Shown piece after piece: positions 63,510 to 64,000 of a DNA stretch of 64,000 nucleotides. The translations under genes and the position numbers were made by a program. Below the pieces are notes generated by a model. That model saw nothing but the letters and a program-made list of their open reading frames with translations, was not told the origin of the DNA and searched no databases. Source of the stretch: Euglena gracilis (taxonomy: Eukaryota); the NCBI GenBank assembly GCA_039621445.1, contig CP154954.1, positions 32,651,455 to 32,715,454 of the forward strand, given 5' to 3'. The first letter of the stretch is position 1; each line of letters starts with the position of its first letter.

Positions 63510-63614
63510 GCACAGGCTGAATTTCAAGGCAATGCCGACCGGGGGTTCCTGCCAGGCTGTATTTTAGTCGGGTGCCGACCCCACCCCGGGGGGGGGGGGG
63601 CAGGCACTCCAAGG

Positions 63615-63919
63615 GGTACTTGTCTGTTAGTCGATCCACGGCAGTGCATCAAGTCTGTTAGTCGATCCACACCCTATTCAACCCTATTCAATAGGAATGA
63701 CCACTTTCAGTGCAAAACAGGATGTGTGACGTCATAATTTGACCATGTGACGTCATACACAAGCAAAATGATGACCGTATGACGTCATACTTGAATGTGT
63801 GACCCAGGGATGACGTCATAAGGTCCAAATCAGCTGCATATTTGACGTCATCAAAGCATAGGGGAAGAAAGGGTGTGGATCGAGTCGTTTTGCCGTGGAT
63901 CGACTAACAGACAAGTACC
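63615..63919. mobile_element. GG-terminal MITE (Merlin-like)
   Basis: 25-bp TIR GGTACTTGTCTGTTAGTCGATCCAC, perfect TSD ctccaagg. Confidence 0.9.
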
Positions 63920-64000
63920 CTCCAAGGCCCCCCTGATCCGACCGTAGGGCACATGGCCAAAAGTGCCCTGGCACAACCCCGGCGCCGGGGAGCCAAAAAT

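Noticed and set aside
1-64000. tRNA, rRNA or SL RNA genes
   Set aside because: None recognisable by eye. A covariance-model search would be needed to exclude them.

Overview
Repeat-dense eukaryotic DNA, very probably a euglenid (Euglena-like). The evidence is non-GT-AG stem-forming introns, TTAGGG repeats and GC-rich exons scattered among MITEs. Almost all ORFs in the supplied track are spurious. Reading by hand gives three spliced genes. (1) A divergent kinesin on the minus strand (~19112 to <=1655) whose resolved introns are conventional GT-AG. (2) A ribonuclease-inhibitor/NLRC3-like LRR gene on the minus strand (~39100-20335) split almost entirely by nonconventional introns. (3) An RBPMS/couch-potato-like RRM gene on the plus strand (from ~62603) that only reads through when nonconventional introns are removed. 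Main observation: the window shows a graded series linking hAT-type MITEs (CAG...CTG termini, 8-bp TSD) to nonconventional introns. There are free MITEs with perfect TSDs, a 116-bp MITE inside an LRR exon with a perfect TSD, introns with progressively decayed TSDs, and a fragmented hAT transposase (BED finger plus dimerisation motif). The intron geometry N3-CAG...CTG-N5 removes exactly the element plus one 8-bp TSD (3+5=8) and restores the reading frame. All splice junctions are inferred from DNA only. Long G/C homopolymers suggest long-read length errors.
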